Part shown: one piece after another, positions 1-13,170 of the stretch
Numbering within the stretch: position 1 is the stretch's first letter
Layout of the letters: the number at the start of each line of letters is the position of its first letter
Source: Pocillopora damicornis
Taxonomy: Eukaryota
Direction of reading: 5' to 3'
Length of the DNA: 64,000 nt
Assembly: GCF_003704095.1 (NCBI RefSeq)
Contig: NW_020843402.1
Location: 124,001 to 188,000 of the forward strand
Made by a program: the position numbers and the translations under genes
Notes under the pieces: model-generated
What the model was told of the DNA's origin: nothing
Database searches by the model: none
What the model saw: only the letters and a program-made list of their open reading frames with translations

Positions 1-289
1 GGATGGATATGTTCTGGTGGAATCAGCCCTAAAGTACGAAATTTTTTACAAAAAAGATTTGTTTCAAATTATAGTTTAGTAAATGACAATTTCTTTCGGT
101 AGAAAATTTATTTCACATAGCCTCCACTTGAATGAAAAACGACTCTAGGGTTGGGTGTCATAATTTATAAATAGACCAATTCAAAGCTCTTTCGGTTTTT
201 TTTCCGCAAACCCTCCAATTTCCACAAAGCTCATATCATTTATCATCCTCACCAACCCAGAACCTTACCCAATGCTAAACTTACCGTCA

Positions 290-3200
290 TTAGTCATAAC
301 ACAATGACTCAACACTGTCAACAAGCTGTGTGCAAGCTTGCACCTAAATTACGTAAATTGTTCAACCGATTGAGTACAATACCCAGTACGGTGAAAACTC
401 TGTCTCTTGGATTCTCTCGGGAAAAATTGTGATCTAAAGAAATATACTTACAGGTTTCTCATTTACGGGTTTGTCTTGATTTGCATCAAAGTCTCCAGTT
501 ACCACGTCCATCAACCTTTCGAGAATCTTACCTTCAAGTCTGGCTGAAGTGCTTCCTGGTGGGAGTTGGAAAGCACCGAGTAGTGACGAGGAAATTGTGT
601 CAGGAGAGAATCATAATAAAAAAATGCTTTTGGAAAAGTTCTAATGGTAACGAACTCATCGATTGACAACTGATATATAAATCTAAGTTGATTAACTTCC
701 TCGAAATGTCTTCTTTGCAGCACCTACTCAATGGAAGATTAACAAGTGGCGACAATGTCATGGACAGGTAAGTTCTCTCTTCATGTTCTTAAAAAAACTG
801 CTGTTTTGCGACGAACGACCCTTAATACTGAACAAAACAAGTGAGGTTCTAACCATGCCTCATCCGAGACATGAGGACTGGGTCTGTTTGGGAAAATCTC
901 TTGCCATCCGCTAGTCAAGCCACGACAAACTATTAATTGTTCGTTTCGCTATCTGTGCCAAAAACTACAATGAAGGTCAAAACTCCCAGGGACAGTTATT
1001 GAAAACATACCCTAAATCCAAATATATTGTAATAGGTCACTTTTACCAATTCAAAGCTGTACAAAGAACTTCCCTTCACCCTCCCCTCTAACAATTTTTG
1101 TAAAATTAACTCATCATTGGGTCTTCGTAAAGTTTACAACGCACTCAAAATTCTGCAATGTTTGGGGTCCTGTGTGCGGTGGGTGTGGTGGGGGGGGGGG
1201 GNNNNNNNNNNNNNNNNNNNNNNNNNNNNNNNNNNNNNNNNNNNNNNNNNNNNNNNNNNNNNNNNNNNNNNNNNNNNNNNNNNNNNNNNNNNNNNNNNNN
1301 NCTCTCTAAATATGTCATTTTGGTTCAATAAAGCAACTGTCCTTTTATTTTACTGATTTCTACACTTCCAGAACACAGATAATACCGGTAGAGATACTAT
1401 AAAGACAAATCTGCATTCACGATCTTCCACTGTTCCGACTTTCACGAAATAGATGATCACTGTTTTTCAAAAAATTTCGGATTACAGTTTTCATTATCTA
1501 CAATCTTAACGTTCAACGAAATGACGTCAAAATAAAGAGAAACCACTGGGAACAAGCTTTTCAGTTACTCTTTCGACTGCTACACAAAAGCGCAGATTTC
1601 TCGACCCCTCTCACTGAAGGAGCACCACACAAACGTAATTTAGATAATTTGATTCTTCACAGGTTTGTGAAAAATGACTTTCGTTCTCTTCATACAAATA
1701 TACCCTCTCTCTGCCGCAGACATACCATATATAACGAAGTTAAGAGGCACTTCATCAGGTCTGAACTATATTGGTCAGGCTTTATTTTTGGTATTGAGCT
1801 GTATGTTTATGACTGGTGTCAATTAATATTCGGTCGCGAACGGATACCAATGACAAATTGCTGTGTGAATTCAATACTATTTGTTATAATAAGGCGCTAC
1901 AGTGAATAGAAGAACGGATTACATTGTTAATTATCACACGGCATCCGCTATTCCATGACAATCTTTAGTTTATTTCAGTGAACTGAATATCACGTCACCC
2001 CCCCCCCCCCCTCTCTATGATTATAAATCAAGAGAACCTCAGAATATTAAGGCTGCTATTCTTTTACTGTATTTCAAACTGTGATGACTAAATTACATTA
2101 TGTGCTGAATTAAATCGTATGTCCGCTGCTTCCCGACCCATTTCTACCATGCTCAGACTTCTTCTATACAAATAATCAGGGTAGGGCTATGGAAGCTTAG
2201 AGCTTGTTAGTTGGCTGAGTTAGTGGTTTAGGTAAAGTGTAAGAATTACCTTCGTGAATGTTGCTAAGATCAAAACTTGATCCTAAATAATCTGGCGCCA
2301 TCCTCTTGGTGTTCATGTATATTAGCTGAAACATTTTAAGACATGAAGGAAAATGCTCTTTTGTCGAAGGTTTTTCGACCTAAAACGGCGGCATGACGGC
2401 TGGTAGAACCATCTAGATTGGATCGAGTTGTCTGACTAGAGTCAGTCTACAACAGCGATTATAAGGTCTCCCGGGCTCAAATAAGGTTTATCTTAATACT
2501 ACCTTATAAACTGGGTAAAACTTTAAGATTTGAAATACATTTGCGTTCTAATGTCAAATCGTCTGGTATCGTAATGACTAACAAAATTCCGAAGTTGTAA
2601 TTCTCATCGTGCAGGTCTCTTTCATCATTTATCATGAACTCGCTGCTTTGTTTTTAATCAGAGCAGAGTCGCCGTAAAACCAAAATTATGGTAACAACAA
2701 GAAAATCCTTGCGAAGAATATGTAATCGTGACGTCTGCCTACTATCATAATATCCTATTTTTGTAATTAGATTTCGTTAATAAGCCTAGACAGAAGGTTC
2801 TAAAATAATATATCTGCATGGTTAGGCATGCCTATCGTTATATTTAGCCTAAAGTCAGCCTTCAGTCAGCACGAATTATCTTGGAATGTAAACAAGAAAA
2901 TCAGCCCAATTAAGGTAAGTTCTTGTTTTTTGTAACTTTGGGGCTCGGTCACGGGGCAGGACTGCTGAAAGCTACAGGAGTTCAAAATCTTAGGTCTAAC
3001 TAGCATAAATTTCAGGCCTTTCCTTTTTGTGGAACTCGGAATGTGATGAATAGGCAGCACTCATCTAAACCCTTTTCATTCCGTGTACATCCCTTTTACT
3101 TATTTACACTTTGTCTTATCCGCTCAATCGAGAGCCTCGCACAGCTAGATGGTTCTCACCACACGCGCTCATCTTTTCTGTCCGGCCGAATTTCATGCTT

Positions 3201-3825
3201 GTTACCTAGGTGTTTGGATCATAAAAACAAAATCAAAGCAAGTCACTTCCCTTGATTTTGTTTTTATGATCCAAACAAAACGATCCAAACGGGGTCAGGT
3301 CCTTGAAATTCTACCAATCGGAGAATACTTCGGTTAAAAGCGGTTGACTCTGGTTTTTTTTTTGTAACCTCAAAATGAATGGAGTTTTGTCTGGATTTGT
3401 TTGTAAGCAGGGGGCGGATGCACTGACGTAAACATCCTTTATTTGTTGAGTCTTCCAAAACTTACCTAATTGAGATGTATTCAAGCTAAAATTTAAACCG
3501 TTATTTTCAACACACGTTGACAAAGGGACAACTGTTCACGGAAATTCCCCTTTACTATGAAACTTACTTGTTTTTTCAACATAAGTTTATGCGCCATGTG
3601 ACAGAAATACCGCCTTTGTTAGTCTCTGTTTCGCTCCGGAGACAGTGTTAAGGAAGTGAGGAGGAGAGAGAGGGGTAGAGACTAGGAAAGAGACAGGGGA
3701 GGAGGAGAGGCAAAGAAAAAGACAGGGGAGGAGGAGAGGAAGGGTTTGAGTAAAGATACTCCCTCTGACTTCGGTAAAGAACACCTTCATCTTCAACGCC
3801 TTCGAGACATGCTTGCGCAACCATA
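290..3825 (-). CDS. Unidentified multi-exon minus-strand gene (exon chain not resolved)
   Basis: Several open segments are bounded by AG and GTAAG/GTATG/GTGAG: 3825-3760 (MVAQACLEGVEDEGVLYRSQR), 3485-3466, 3205-3160, 2325-2250 (LIYMNTKRMAPDYLGSSFDLSNIHE), 1798-1726 (SIPKIKPDQYSSDLMKCLLTSLYM), 1056-1011, 723-532 (64 open codons) and 343-290. Phases do not join unambiguously and an N gap intervenes. Confidence 0.35.
1202..1301. other. Assembly gap (100 N)
   Basis: N run following poly-G. Confidence 1.
3211..3277. repeat. Perfect 26-bp inverted repeat with 15-nt spacer
   Basis: TGTTTGGATCATAAAAACAAAATCAA ... TTGATTTTGTTTTTATGATCCAAACA. Confidence 0.9.
3634..3759 (-). other. Candidate U12-type intron
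   Basis: Minus-strand 5' site GTATCTTT starts at 3759. Perfect branch TTCCTTAAC at 3655-3647. First AG at 3635-3634 (alternative CAG ending at 3626). Confidence 0.65.
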
Positions 3826-6800
3826 TCAAAACGAAAACATGTGTACAACGTAATGTTTAAAAAATATCCCAGCTGGATTTCTTTTGATGAAGTTCTGTAC
3901 GCGCGCGCGCAATTCCGAAATCCGCGTGAGCCCAGAGCCATAATTGGGCCATAACAGGAAACCTAGCGTGCGAAATGATGCCTGACACACGTCTGACAAG
4001 GCCCCACTCTGACCTGAGACTTTTTTTAGATTGAAAATAATCCCTTCAAACGAATCACATCACAATCACGAGTTCATAGTGGCCAATGTTTGATTAAAAA
4101 GAGCACGGAAATTTCCTAGTTTCTGTAAGTGCCCCTGTAGCACGAGTTTCTGTTCATTTGATTTGGTTAAATCTTTGGTAAATCCTTTGGGTAAATCTTT
4201 TAAGTCACACTAGGTGGCTCGTCACGCGCTCTTAGGTGTAATTCAATATATTTGATAAAAGGCCCTTTGATCAGTTTTTGGTAAACACTCGTGCTCGTAA
4301 GAAAATAATTTAGTAAAGGAAAGGAAGGAAAGGTTCAATCGATATCAACTCTCGCCAGATCCGGCAATAATGTAAGTTTGATTTATCTGAAGCATTTCTT
4401 AATCTATTTGCGTGTCCCTAATTTCTTAAATCAATTTTTAGTTTCACGGTATTATACAATAATAAAGAAGAAGGCGTTCCCAAAGAAGTTTGGTGCGGTA
4501 CATTGTATTGATCAGTGGATTTTGTGCGGTCCAGCTAGTGGTGGACAAGCGCCGCTAAAGTTTCATTGTTTTGAAAAAAGCTACCGATATTTGTACATTG
4601 TCCAGACCGCGTTCCAACCGTAAGACAGCGAAACCTGAGCAAGTCTAAATTTCTCACGAAGTGAAAATATTATGCAGATCTTCCAGAGAAGAAAGATAAG
4701 AGTATTTTAGCAATGATGCAATAGTAGGCATATGTGAGTTATCCATCCAAACTCAAACTATGTCGGTGCACCTTGCAAGTTTATGCCGATTGTTTTCTCA
4801 CCGGAACTAGTTTGCTTTTCTCACCGGAAGTTACCTACCGCAAGATTCAAAAGTATTCAACCTGTTTGAATTACGAAGGCGAGCGTGGCTGGTTCTTTGT
4901 CTCGAGGTCATTAGGCATACTTTGTGTACCCACTCATCCATTGTTTGTTAAGACTCGCTGACCAAGCGTCTTGTAATTTATACAAGCTATCAGCCACATT
5001 TTTTTCCTGTGAATAAGTGTCTCAGCTTCAATAGGAAACCCGTTATCGCTTCGTGCGGCAGGTTTCTGTGTACTGAAGTGAGTGTTAACTACTTTGGAAC
5101 TCAACGTGATTCCGTCCGATAAAATTTTCAATTCAAGCGACAAAAGTTTGTCAAGCCGGCGAAACAAGCATTTGGTCTTCTATTTCTATTGTGTGGGGAA
5201 CAGAGCGATTGAAGCGGTCACGAATTTCAAGTGATGAGCTGTTCTTAACGACAATCCTTCGAGAAAACAGTTTGTAATCGCTAAAGGTAAGTGACTCAGC
5301 TCTTTTATTTGTTGTTGTAGCCCATGAGGATTAAATCAGCTAAAAAAAATGTTCAACTCTGATAACTGAATTTCCTGACGAGTAATTGTTGCGATCCGTC
5401 GGACTTGAACAGTTAACCAGCGCTCGTTAACCCGCCCTGTAATTTTATAGTAGTTTGAATGCTCATAAAGACTACTTATCGAATTCCTTTTTTTTCATTA
5501 CGTATTATGTCTATTATTACTGACTCTAGTTTGACGTATTTTTGGTACACCTTAAGATCGAAATTTTCGTCTCAGTTTCATTCCCACATGGACTCCTTGA
5601 CCACGTTAAGAGTATTAATTGATTTACGATGAAATAGAATTTTGAAAATGAAAGCAGGCAATTACCACGCAAATTTCCGACCCGGGCTTATGGCGGAAAC
5701 TCGTCAGACAAATTGGTTATTCATACAATGCGCAACATGGTTCCTACACATGTGAAAGCTAAATCAGACCGTTAATCAGTTTTATTAGAGAGATATGTCT
5801 ATACTGATGTTTACTATTACAATGTTCAAGATAAGAACTTTTGAGTTATTTTAAAGAAGTAAACGTGTATTATCTGGTGTATGTAACATGATCGAAGCGA
5901 TTTATAGCGCTCTCTGCCATAACATTGACTCGTGGTGCTCCGCTATTTTCGGCGTCTAGTAGAATTGTTATCCTAAAATTGGACGCGATTTGTTTGTTCA
6001 AGATTGTTGTGCTAAGTAAAGTGGTCGGCAAAAGTTTTTCGTATGCTAATCATTTGATTGTTACTTGTCCGATGTGACTTGAGGACATCGGTGTTGTGTG
6101 TCAAAGACTCTAAGGACGGCATTTTTCTCTAAACCTCAGTGGAAAACGATATGCGTTGATGAAGTTGACCTCATATTTATTCAGCAAGGACCCCTTTTTT
6201 ACCGAGAAAAACACTGCTTTGTTTTAAGTTATTGACAAACCTAACCGGAACTTTCAATTCAATGCCGCCAACGTCGAGTTCTTTACAAAAGTGCAAAGAA
6301 CTATTAAAAGGACCTCGAAGTGTACATTTTGTGACATTTGGTGGACAAACAGAGCGTACTCCTTTATATGATATCTTATGATATTTCCTTTGTGTGGAGA
6401 AAGAACATAAAGAGAACAAATCGAAAATGACATGATATTGTTTGAGACTCGGTCAGCCTGTCAACCTTCAAAAGTTCATTCATATGGGATGCTTAAGGAT
6501 ATCTGTTAATCACCAACACAATCGCCTTGGTAGTATAAAACCATTCAGAACAAGTTTAATAATTACAATCCTTAAGAAGTTTCAGTTCAGGAAGGTGCTC
6601 TTTCTTAAATTTCTACTAGAAGTCAGGTCTAAAATATTGGCCTCCCCTCTCCAGATTTCATTGTTCTCAATCGTTAAGTTCTTTTCTTTTGTTTTTTCGG
6701 CGAATTTCAATGTTGTGGACGTGACCTACTATTTTGTTCCTTTAACCCAGTTTAACGAGCCGACTGACTCACTAATCTCCCCTTTTATCACTGTTTGACT

Positions 6801-9800
6801 AAGACCAGAAGAATGCGAGAGATTATTCATAAGAAAAAACCGGCTCTGGCGATAAAAGAACGCTACAAACATTGTTATGCTAATGTATTTTAAATTAATC
6901 ACTAACAAATTCTTTCCTTTGCCGCGCCCTCTTAAAATAATTCTAATTACCTTTATTATCAGTCGATTCAATGTATTCTACCGATGTAGATTTTTTCTGG
7001 GGGACGAAAACAATATCGCTTGTTAGCTAAGCTTTCCTTCAATGTCTTCTTTCGTTAGTACCAAGTATTTTATGATCACACGCTCCCCTTGACGCGAATG
7101 AAGAGATTCACCAATCATTATTTCCAGGAGGTTTCCTTTGACAAAGAATGATTGATGTCTGACGGCTCAGTCTCACAAATTAACAACCGATCTTTCGTCG
7201 TGTTGTAGCTTGAGGTCATAAACTTTACGTCGTACATATTCATGATATAACAATTAAGTTGTCCCTTTCAACTGTTCAGATTCTTTTACACAGTCCTCGA
7301 TCCACGGTCTGCTTTACCAGAGGTTCACAAATGCTTAGATCTCACAGTTTTCAATCTTTTTAAAGTATTTTCGGATTAACTACGGGAGATGTTGCTCCAG
7401 TCTTGGAGAATTCAGTTACAAATGTCACTGATTGTTGCGAAGTGAACAAGTTTTTGTATTTCGGATGAGTCGGTGTTTGTTCTGTCCGATCGAGAACGTG
7501 TATTAAAGGTGAACTGGAGGAATTTCGGGTGCACAAAAAAAATCTGGCGAACTTGAAGCCTAGGCTGAAACTCCAGGTAAGATATTGCCAACTATGGTGT
7601 AGTTTTCCGTCTTTTTCCTTACAAAGTTTTCTTCTTGTGTAATGTAATTGATCTTAAAGTTTTATTGGAGGTTTTATCGTTTATCATATGATCATCAACG
7701 AAGATAATTCAAAGACGATATCAGTGTTTGTTTGCGGTATTAAAATTGCAAATCAAAACCGTCTGAATTATTAACAAGTTTAACGGAGTATGGTAAACGA
7801 TTGAGCGACTAACCCTGTCTTGAAGACGATGATCATCCCAAACACTCCCGTTACCTGCAAGTTTTGTAATTTATTTAATTTTGAACGTCTCGTAATTCTG
7901 TGAATTGTATTGCATTTTCATACTCAAATCTTAAGTTCTCTTGGCTTAGGTTTTATAAATTTTTTATGACTTTAAGGTTGAAATGTCAAAGAAAAACTTT
8001 CTTAAAATTTCTTCACTTGAGTTACTCCAGAACTAGAGATGTTGTTATCATTGCTTTTGTTTTCTTATCACAGAGGACAGGGAGTTAATACACATCTCTC
8101 AATCAACAAATTTGTAACACTTGCGGTCCTACCGTCATATTCGAGATTTTTTTGCATCTATCTTGTTTGCAAGAACTGTCATTTCATCTGCTTCCTGCTG
8201 CAAATCAAATTAAATTGAATGGAATTTACTCCAACTTGCCAGAGTTCCTTAGCTTTATGCATTCTGGCCATTTTTCGGTGATTACCGCTTGAGAGCTCAG
8301 TTTGCCGCAATAATTTAGCAGCTCTTATGTGTTTTACACTAACTTCCTCTTTGAAAATCTTCACTGTTTTAGTTACAAAGAAGGTAGAAATCATCTCCTC
8401 CCTTTGCTAGATCCATGAAACTTTTCATCGCAATTCTTATCGCAGTAAACAGATAGAGAAATAATTAAGGGTGGGTGACTGAGTTTTCTAACGGATGATC
8501 ATGGCATGTGTGAGCATGTTTTACTCCTTAACCTTTGTCTTGATCCGTCGAACATTATGCAACAATATAGATATGTATCAAATTCAACAACGTTTAAATT
8601 GAGTTAGCTTAAGCCAAAGGGCGGGCAATTTCCAATGGCGATATTCACAGTGGTGTCAAGACATGTGAGGAGGGTATGTGTGGTAGGAGGGGGGCTAGTG
8701 GTAAAGACTCTATGATCTGTGTATTACGTAAGACCGAGACAAAGATGTAGACCCCCTTCCCCTTTCTAATCTTAAGCTTGGTCAAGCTTCAACGGCTTAA
8801 AGACTGTTTCCAGCTGTTACTTTCGAACAAAGCCTGCCCAGATATGTGGAGTACGTATTTCATCTCGGGAATTTTGATTGGAGTCGATTTCATTCAACAG
8901 TATACCGATTGCTGCGCAGGAGATGACAGATAATTGAACTAATAAAGTGATCTAGAGTAATGAGCGACACCGACTTGGAATTGATCCAGATATCACTGTC
9001 TTCATTTCATCAAACCCTTGAATGTTTCTACTCTTTTATTTCCTGAGAGGCTTAGTTTTCTCACTGTTTGTTTAACCGCGGCAGAGAAGTGAGCATTGAG
9101 AGGTCTATTTGTTAGCAAGAATGGATGTTAGGCTTCAGTCTTCAATGACAGCCACAAGCATATATCACTTACCCACTCCTCTTTTTGGGAAAATAGGTCA
9201 AAAGGAGGCCAAAGATGATTGCATAATAAAATAAAATCATTTTGACCCAAGCCCTTTTTTATTTTGGCTGCTTGCCTCTGGTGTGCCTGGCCTGAAGGCG
9301 TTTCAATTTTTTCTCTTTTTATCTCTCGTTTGGTCCTTATCCTCCGCATAAAGAAAGCTCAGACATTTGATGCGTTGATTATTTTTCTGAATAAGAATTT
9401 GACTGCCTTGTCGTAAAATACTCTTTGTGTTTTTAATGAAACGTATCAAGCAACGTTTCTGTATATTTGAGCAGTTGTGATAGGCTTGCTATCGTATTTC
9501 ACTCCTCCAGGCTTGCCTCACACGTACAGTTGGAAGAGACAGATGGACACGAATATAACAAATTTTTATTGTGTTGAGTATATCTTTTTCTCGGTGTTAC
9601 TACTTTGTCTTTGTTCTGAGGTCATATTCATATCCATTTAACTTTTGAGTTTCGAGTTGTGGTGGAATATTTAAGTTATTCTATGTTACACCTAGCAACA
9701 GCCGTTTTCAATTTGCATTTGATACCCGCAGTAAGGCTCTATTTTTCGCCATATCCTTGGGAGATTTGTGTTATTCTTAGGCAGAAAATTGTTGCCATTT

Positions 9801-12658
9801 CGTAGAGGGTAGGACCACACATGTATATGATCAGTAGAAGCTCTCTTTCATGAAAGAAATTCTGTCTGGACTTTTCAATCCAATACCTCTTTTACCTCTT
9901 AAGAGGAAGATTACTCAACTCTTGTGTATTTTTTATAATCACCAGCATATTTAAGTATTAATAAACAACTTGTCTAATGTGTGACGAAAGAAACTTCAAT
10001 TGATGGTAGGCTGTTATTTCTTTGTATCGTGGAATAACTGCTTTTTCTATGTATCAGTTTGGACAGGCACTTCTGCCAGACCCAAACGAGTTTTGATAAT
10101 AAATCCTGCGGAAGTTCTATATCCTTCTAAGTTCCATAGAACACATCCAGAAAGTAGGGACTTTGTTCTCTAGCATCAGGAGAGATTTTGGATGAGTTAC
10201 GCAGTCTAGGAACGATGATTCTACGGAAAATATAGTTTAAAAATGAACAAACTTACGCCAATGATAGATATTGCACGGTGGTCAGATCATTATTGTCTAA
10301 TTAGTTGAAAACCAGACAAAAGTAATCTAAGCTCTTGAAAATCTCCTGTTGGTAAGTTTGGTTGTTTTGTATTCAGTCGTAGGTTTCCAGCAATAAAATG
10401 CGATTTTTTCATCATCCTTTACGCGTTTGAGATAAGCCGGAAAATGTCAAGGGAAAAGATTGGACTTTCTAATGACTCTTGGTTTCGATTACTTTCATCG
10501 GGAATACCGTGTTATATCGTATTATTTACAAAATGATAGTAAAAAAGCCCTCCTTTCAAATACTTCAGATAAAATCAGCCATTTTAGAGGACTCTTACTT
10601 TTAGTAACATACCACAGACTCATCTAGACGTGTTTGAAAAAGATGAAACATCAGTCGTGAAATGAAAAATGCATTTTCAATTGACCTTGGCTTGTCATCG
10701 CTTGTTCTTCCCGTTGGAAATCCGATGATTATCACATGATGGGAATTCCCCTTTGTGCTCTTTCGTTTGACTAAAAGAGAACTTCTGTATTTGGGTTTGA
10801 AATATCCGAACACTTCTTAAGCCTGATCGTTTGTCTGACAAACTGACCGGGCACCTGGCGTAATGACAAGCATAGTCCTTAACAGGTTAATCAAGAAGAG
10901 GGTATTTTTTTTTCCAAAAAAAGCAGATTATTCGGGAGTTAGTTACATTTGTAATGTACACACCGCAACCATCGAAATCATTAGGCGTTAATAAGAAGAA
11001 AAATCACAGAGTTAAAACTGTCATCTCTGATCAATAGTGTGTTCCAAACTGTTGTAACCCTTTACATTAAAAAGACGTGAGGAACCTGTGGTTGACAGGA
11101 GGGTGGTGATGCACTGATCAGTGCTTGTAAACCGCTAGGTCGGTTGAATAAAGTAAACGTCACACTAAGTCGGTTAATCCAGGTGAAAAACTGGCCGTTC
11201 GTGGGTAGGAAAACTTATGGCATTTTCATTTTTTATGGTGTCCTAAAGTATTCAAAGTTTAGTTTAGGAAAGCTCTCGAAAGAGCAGACCCTATAAGGGC
11301 AGGTGACGAGCGAATCGAGAGAAGCAGGAATTTAGATGGGAACGAAACAATAGCACCTGTAGATGATATTGAAATAAGTACTTTGATTTAATCAGTCTCT
11401 TTCAAAGCGGTGTATCTGATGAACAAAAAGGATATGCTGGAAAAAAAGACACGCTGCACATAGGTTTTGATTTCATCTATAAGTTAGCGATTGTTCTGTA
11501 GGAGACGACAGATATTTTATCTGATAAGGAAGTGACTGAAAAGGGAGTCTGTCGACCTGGATATGAGCCAGTGATAAAGCTACCGCACGATTTTAAAGGT
11601 TGAAAATATTTTTCGCAATTTGTTTGCTAAAATGTTTCATTTTTTTTGTCCTGAAACCTTTTTTTAAAATTATGTGTCTTCTTATAAATACCACGCCTTT
11701 TTATCAAACATCCGCGGTGTTTTTCTTGAATTTTTTTTTCACTTTATTCCTGATTTTTCAGAAGTGTGTACTTACATCTTAATGAACACCAGCTTTAAGT
11801 TTTTAGGTTCCTAAGGAAGGGATACTTAGACCCAATTAAAAGTTTGATCTATTTTTCAGATGCAAGCGTGAACATAGACAAACTTTCCCACGCTTTACGA
11901 AATGTAGGTCAACAGGCAAGTCAAATTGTTCCCAGTGTGGCTTGGATGTCTGGTAGCCTGGGGGCGTTTTTTCCTCTTGTAGACACTTGTTAAGTTTTTA
12001 CCCTTCTGTTTAAAAGCCAAACATCTGTGGATATCTTTCTGAATAATAGTTTGACTCCTTGTTGTGAAGGTACTTTTCGTCTTTCACGAAACATTTCAAG
12101 CAGTGGTTCTATTCATTTGAAGACGGTTAGGAGGCGTGATACCCTATCCCTCACCGATATGCATTTACACAGTTGGAGATGTCCGAAGTGGCGACAAACG
12201 TAACCAATCATTATTATATTAGAGTATATAATTTTTGTTTTCATTGTATCAGTTTCTCTCTCTCACTCCATGACCGTTATTCATTTCCATCGAAGTTTTA
12301 TGTTTCTAAGAAATAAAAGGCAAGTAAATCTTTTTGCACTACAATTACACGCCATTTATACATGATATGCCGCATTAATCTGCTGGCGTTTTTCGCCGTA
12401 GATTTCGGAGATAATTTGTTCCATCACAAGGAAAGCAGAGCATTCCAATTCTGTTGAGGAAAGGTTTTTTAAATTTGATTTATAATAATCATTTAATAAG
12501 TTCTTAAAGTGGAGGCCGGAATTTATGGGTGAACTCTTTAAAGGTACTGACGCTTTATCATGCTTTATAAACTTCCTCACAAGAAATTCAAAATCTGAAA
12601 CTGAATATCTGAAACTGAAACGATCGTATGTGGAGTACCTCAAGGCTCTGTACTTGGA

Positions 12659-12758
12659 NNNNNNNNNNNNNNNNNNNNNNNNNNNNNNNNNNNNNNNNNN
12701 NNNNNNNNNNNNNNNNNNNNNNNNNNNNNNNNNNNNNNNNNNNNNNNNNNNNNNNNNN
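12659..12758. other. Assembly gap (100 N)
   Basis: N run. Confidence 1.
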
Positions 12759-13170
12759 GAAAAAATGAAAAAATCTTTTACTAGAATCGGTGTGTCTATT
12801 TGGAATTCTATTTCACTTTCTGTTAAGACTCTCAACGTTTCTAGTTTTCGTAAAAAAACTAAATCACTACTCCTTAATGTTCTAGGTAATGAAGATAATT
12901 ATTTGAATGTTAATTTTTTAATAGAATATTTTGTGAAGTTAACCTGATACCTCTAGTTGTAATTTTAGTCTTTTTCAAATAACAAAATCCCTTGTACTTG
13001 AATTTATATGTAAGGTGTTTCTTTCTGTATGTTTTTGTATTTCTTCTTTTCTTTTTTCTTATGTAATTTAATAACGCCTTTAGTTAAAGTCTTGTCCTGC
13101 CTAGATTAGCATTGTAGCTATTTGCAGGACATGAAGTTTTGTAAACCTTATATTTCTTTAAATAAAGAGT
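12759..13170 (+). mobile_element. 3' end of a non-LTR retrotransposon (CR1/L2-group-like), abutting an assembly gap
   Basis: ORF tail KKSFTRIGVSIWNSISLSVKTLNVSSFRKKTK resembles the ORF2 C-terminal 'SF..G..WN.L...FK' motif. The 3' UTR has a stem GTCCTGC...GCAGGAC and AATAAA at 13161. Confidence 0.7.

Noticed and set aside
3610-3790. Resemblance of MKVFFTEVRG/LIYMN segments to adaptin large subunits (AP2A/AP4E)
   Set aside because: The similarity is short, and downstream exons do not follow the adaptin sequence.
12356-12947. 159-aa and 140-aa ORFs spanning Ns
   Set aside because: Artefacts of reading through the gap. Only the LINE tail right of the gap is interpretable.
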